DNA of 64,000 nucleotides from an uncultured Chloroflexia bacterium (lineage in GTDB: Bacteria > Chloroflexota > Limnocylindria > Limnocylindrales > CSP1-4). Location: contig CAVYBU010000017.1 in NCBI GenBank assembly GCA_963766735.1, forward strand, positions 32,001-96,000, written 5' to 3'. Under the pieces are notes generated by a model. That model was not told the DNA's origin. It was given only the letters and a program-made list of their open reading frames with translations, and ran no database searches. Positions 63,213 through 64,000 of this stretch are shown here, piece after piece. The position numbers and the translations under genes were made by a program. Each line of letters begins with the position of its first letter. The stretch's first letter is position 1.

Positions 63213-64000
63213 CAGTCCTGTCCTCGGATGTGCAGGACGCGGGCAGGGAGCGTTGCCGGATCGATCTCGATCGGGATTGTGCGGCCGTGCCACCGCTCGA
63301 CCTCGCCGCTGACGAGGTCTTCGACCTCGTACGGCCTCTGCGGGTCCAGCCACAGCTCGCCCAGGTCCAGCTCCAGGGTCCCGGTTCGGGTCGTCCGGGG
63401 ATCGAGGCTGACGATTGTCAGGACCCTGTCGGAGCGGTCCGCCGTGTGCTTCGACCAGGCAATGAGCTGATCATCGTCGATGCGGTGGATCGTCATGCCC
63501 CCATTCGACTGGAGCGCCGGATGTGCCCGCCGGATCTCGTTGGCCCGACGGACAAGCGGGGCGATGCTCTCCGGATCATCGAGGTTCCAGGTCCGCTGCT
63601 CGTACTTCTCGGAGTGCAGGTACTCCTCGCTGCCCGGCTCGCGCGGGGTGTGCTCGCCCAGCTCGTACGCCGGCCCATAGATGCCGATGCTCGACGATGA
63701 CATCGCGGCCAGCACGTAGCGCGCCTGGAACATCGCCCGGCCGCCATCCTGGAGCGTCGCGTGGAGGATGTCGGGCGTGTTCGGCCAGAAGTTCGGCCCG
63801 AAGAACTCGGAGACCGGCGGCCGCGAGAGCTCGACGAAGTATCTGGCGAGCTCCTCCTTCTCCGTCCGCCAGGTGAAGTACGTGTAGGACTGGGTGAACC
63901 CGAGCTTGGCGAGGCGGTACATGATCCTGGGGCGGGTGAACGCCTCGGCCAGGAACAGCACGTCCGGATGGTCCGCCTTGATCCGCGTGATGGCCCATTC
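63212..64000 (-). CDS. glgE: Alpha-1,4-glucan:maltose-1-phosphate maltosyltransferase, 5'-partial
   Basis: [41 protein letters not shown]. Confidence 0.95.

Overview
A high-GC bacterial chromosomal segment with about 60 genes. The gene set resembles Chloroflexota or other Terrabacteria (inference). I saw no rRNA, tRNA, CRISPR array or transposase. Core content: a pyrimidine pathway split into three blocks (pyrR-pyrB-pyrC, pyrK-pyrD, pyrE) with a tandem PyrR-type RNA leader; a fused heme A/heme O synthase; sodN-sodX; xth; lysA; and a glgE-treS/pep2-GH13 alpha-glucan operon. The most striking feature is two separate, mutually diverged copies of a gcvPA-gcvPB-like pair, each followed by a COG3199/AcoX-like NAD-kinase-fold gene. 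Both pairs keep the PLP lysine but replace most canonical glycine-decarboxylase signature motifs. The fully visible copy is flanked by two SDRs, has no gcvT/gcvH/lpd, and has a structured upstream leader. This is a candidate non-glycine, P-protein-derived amino-acid or amine cleavage system. Other oddities: a phytochelatin-synthase-like Cys-His-Asp protein hidden by a frameshift behind a glutamine-synthetase-family remnant; an archaeal-type ACT-DUF5612 protein; a degenerate PyrK/PyrD pair; membrane proteins with RanBP2-type or unfamiliar Cys/His motifs; an SH3-serpin lipoprotein; and apparently widespread leaderless genes. Several single-base frameshifts look like homopolymer sequencing errors. 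All calls come from reading motifs by eye; no database search was run.
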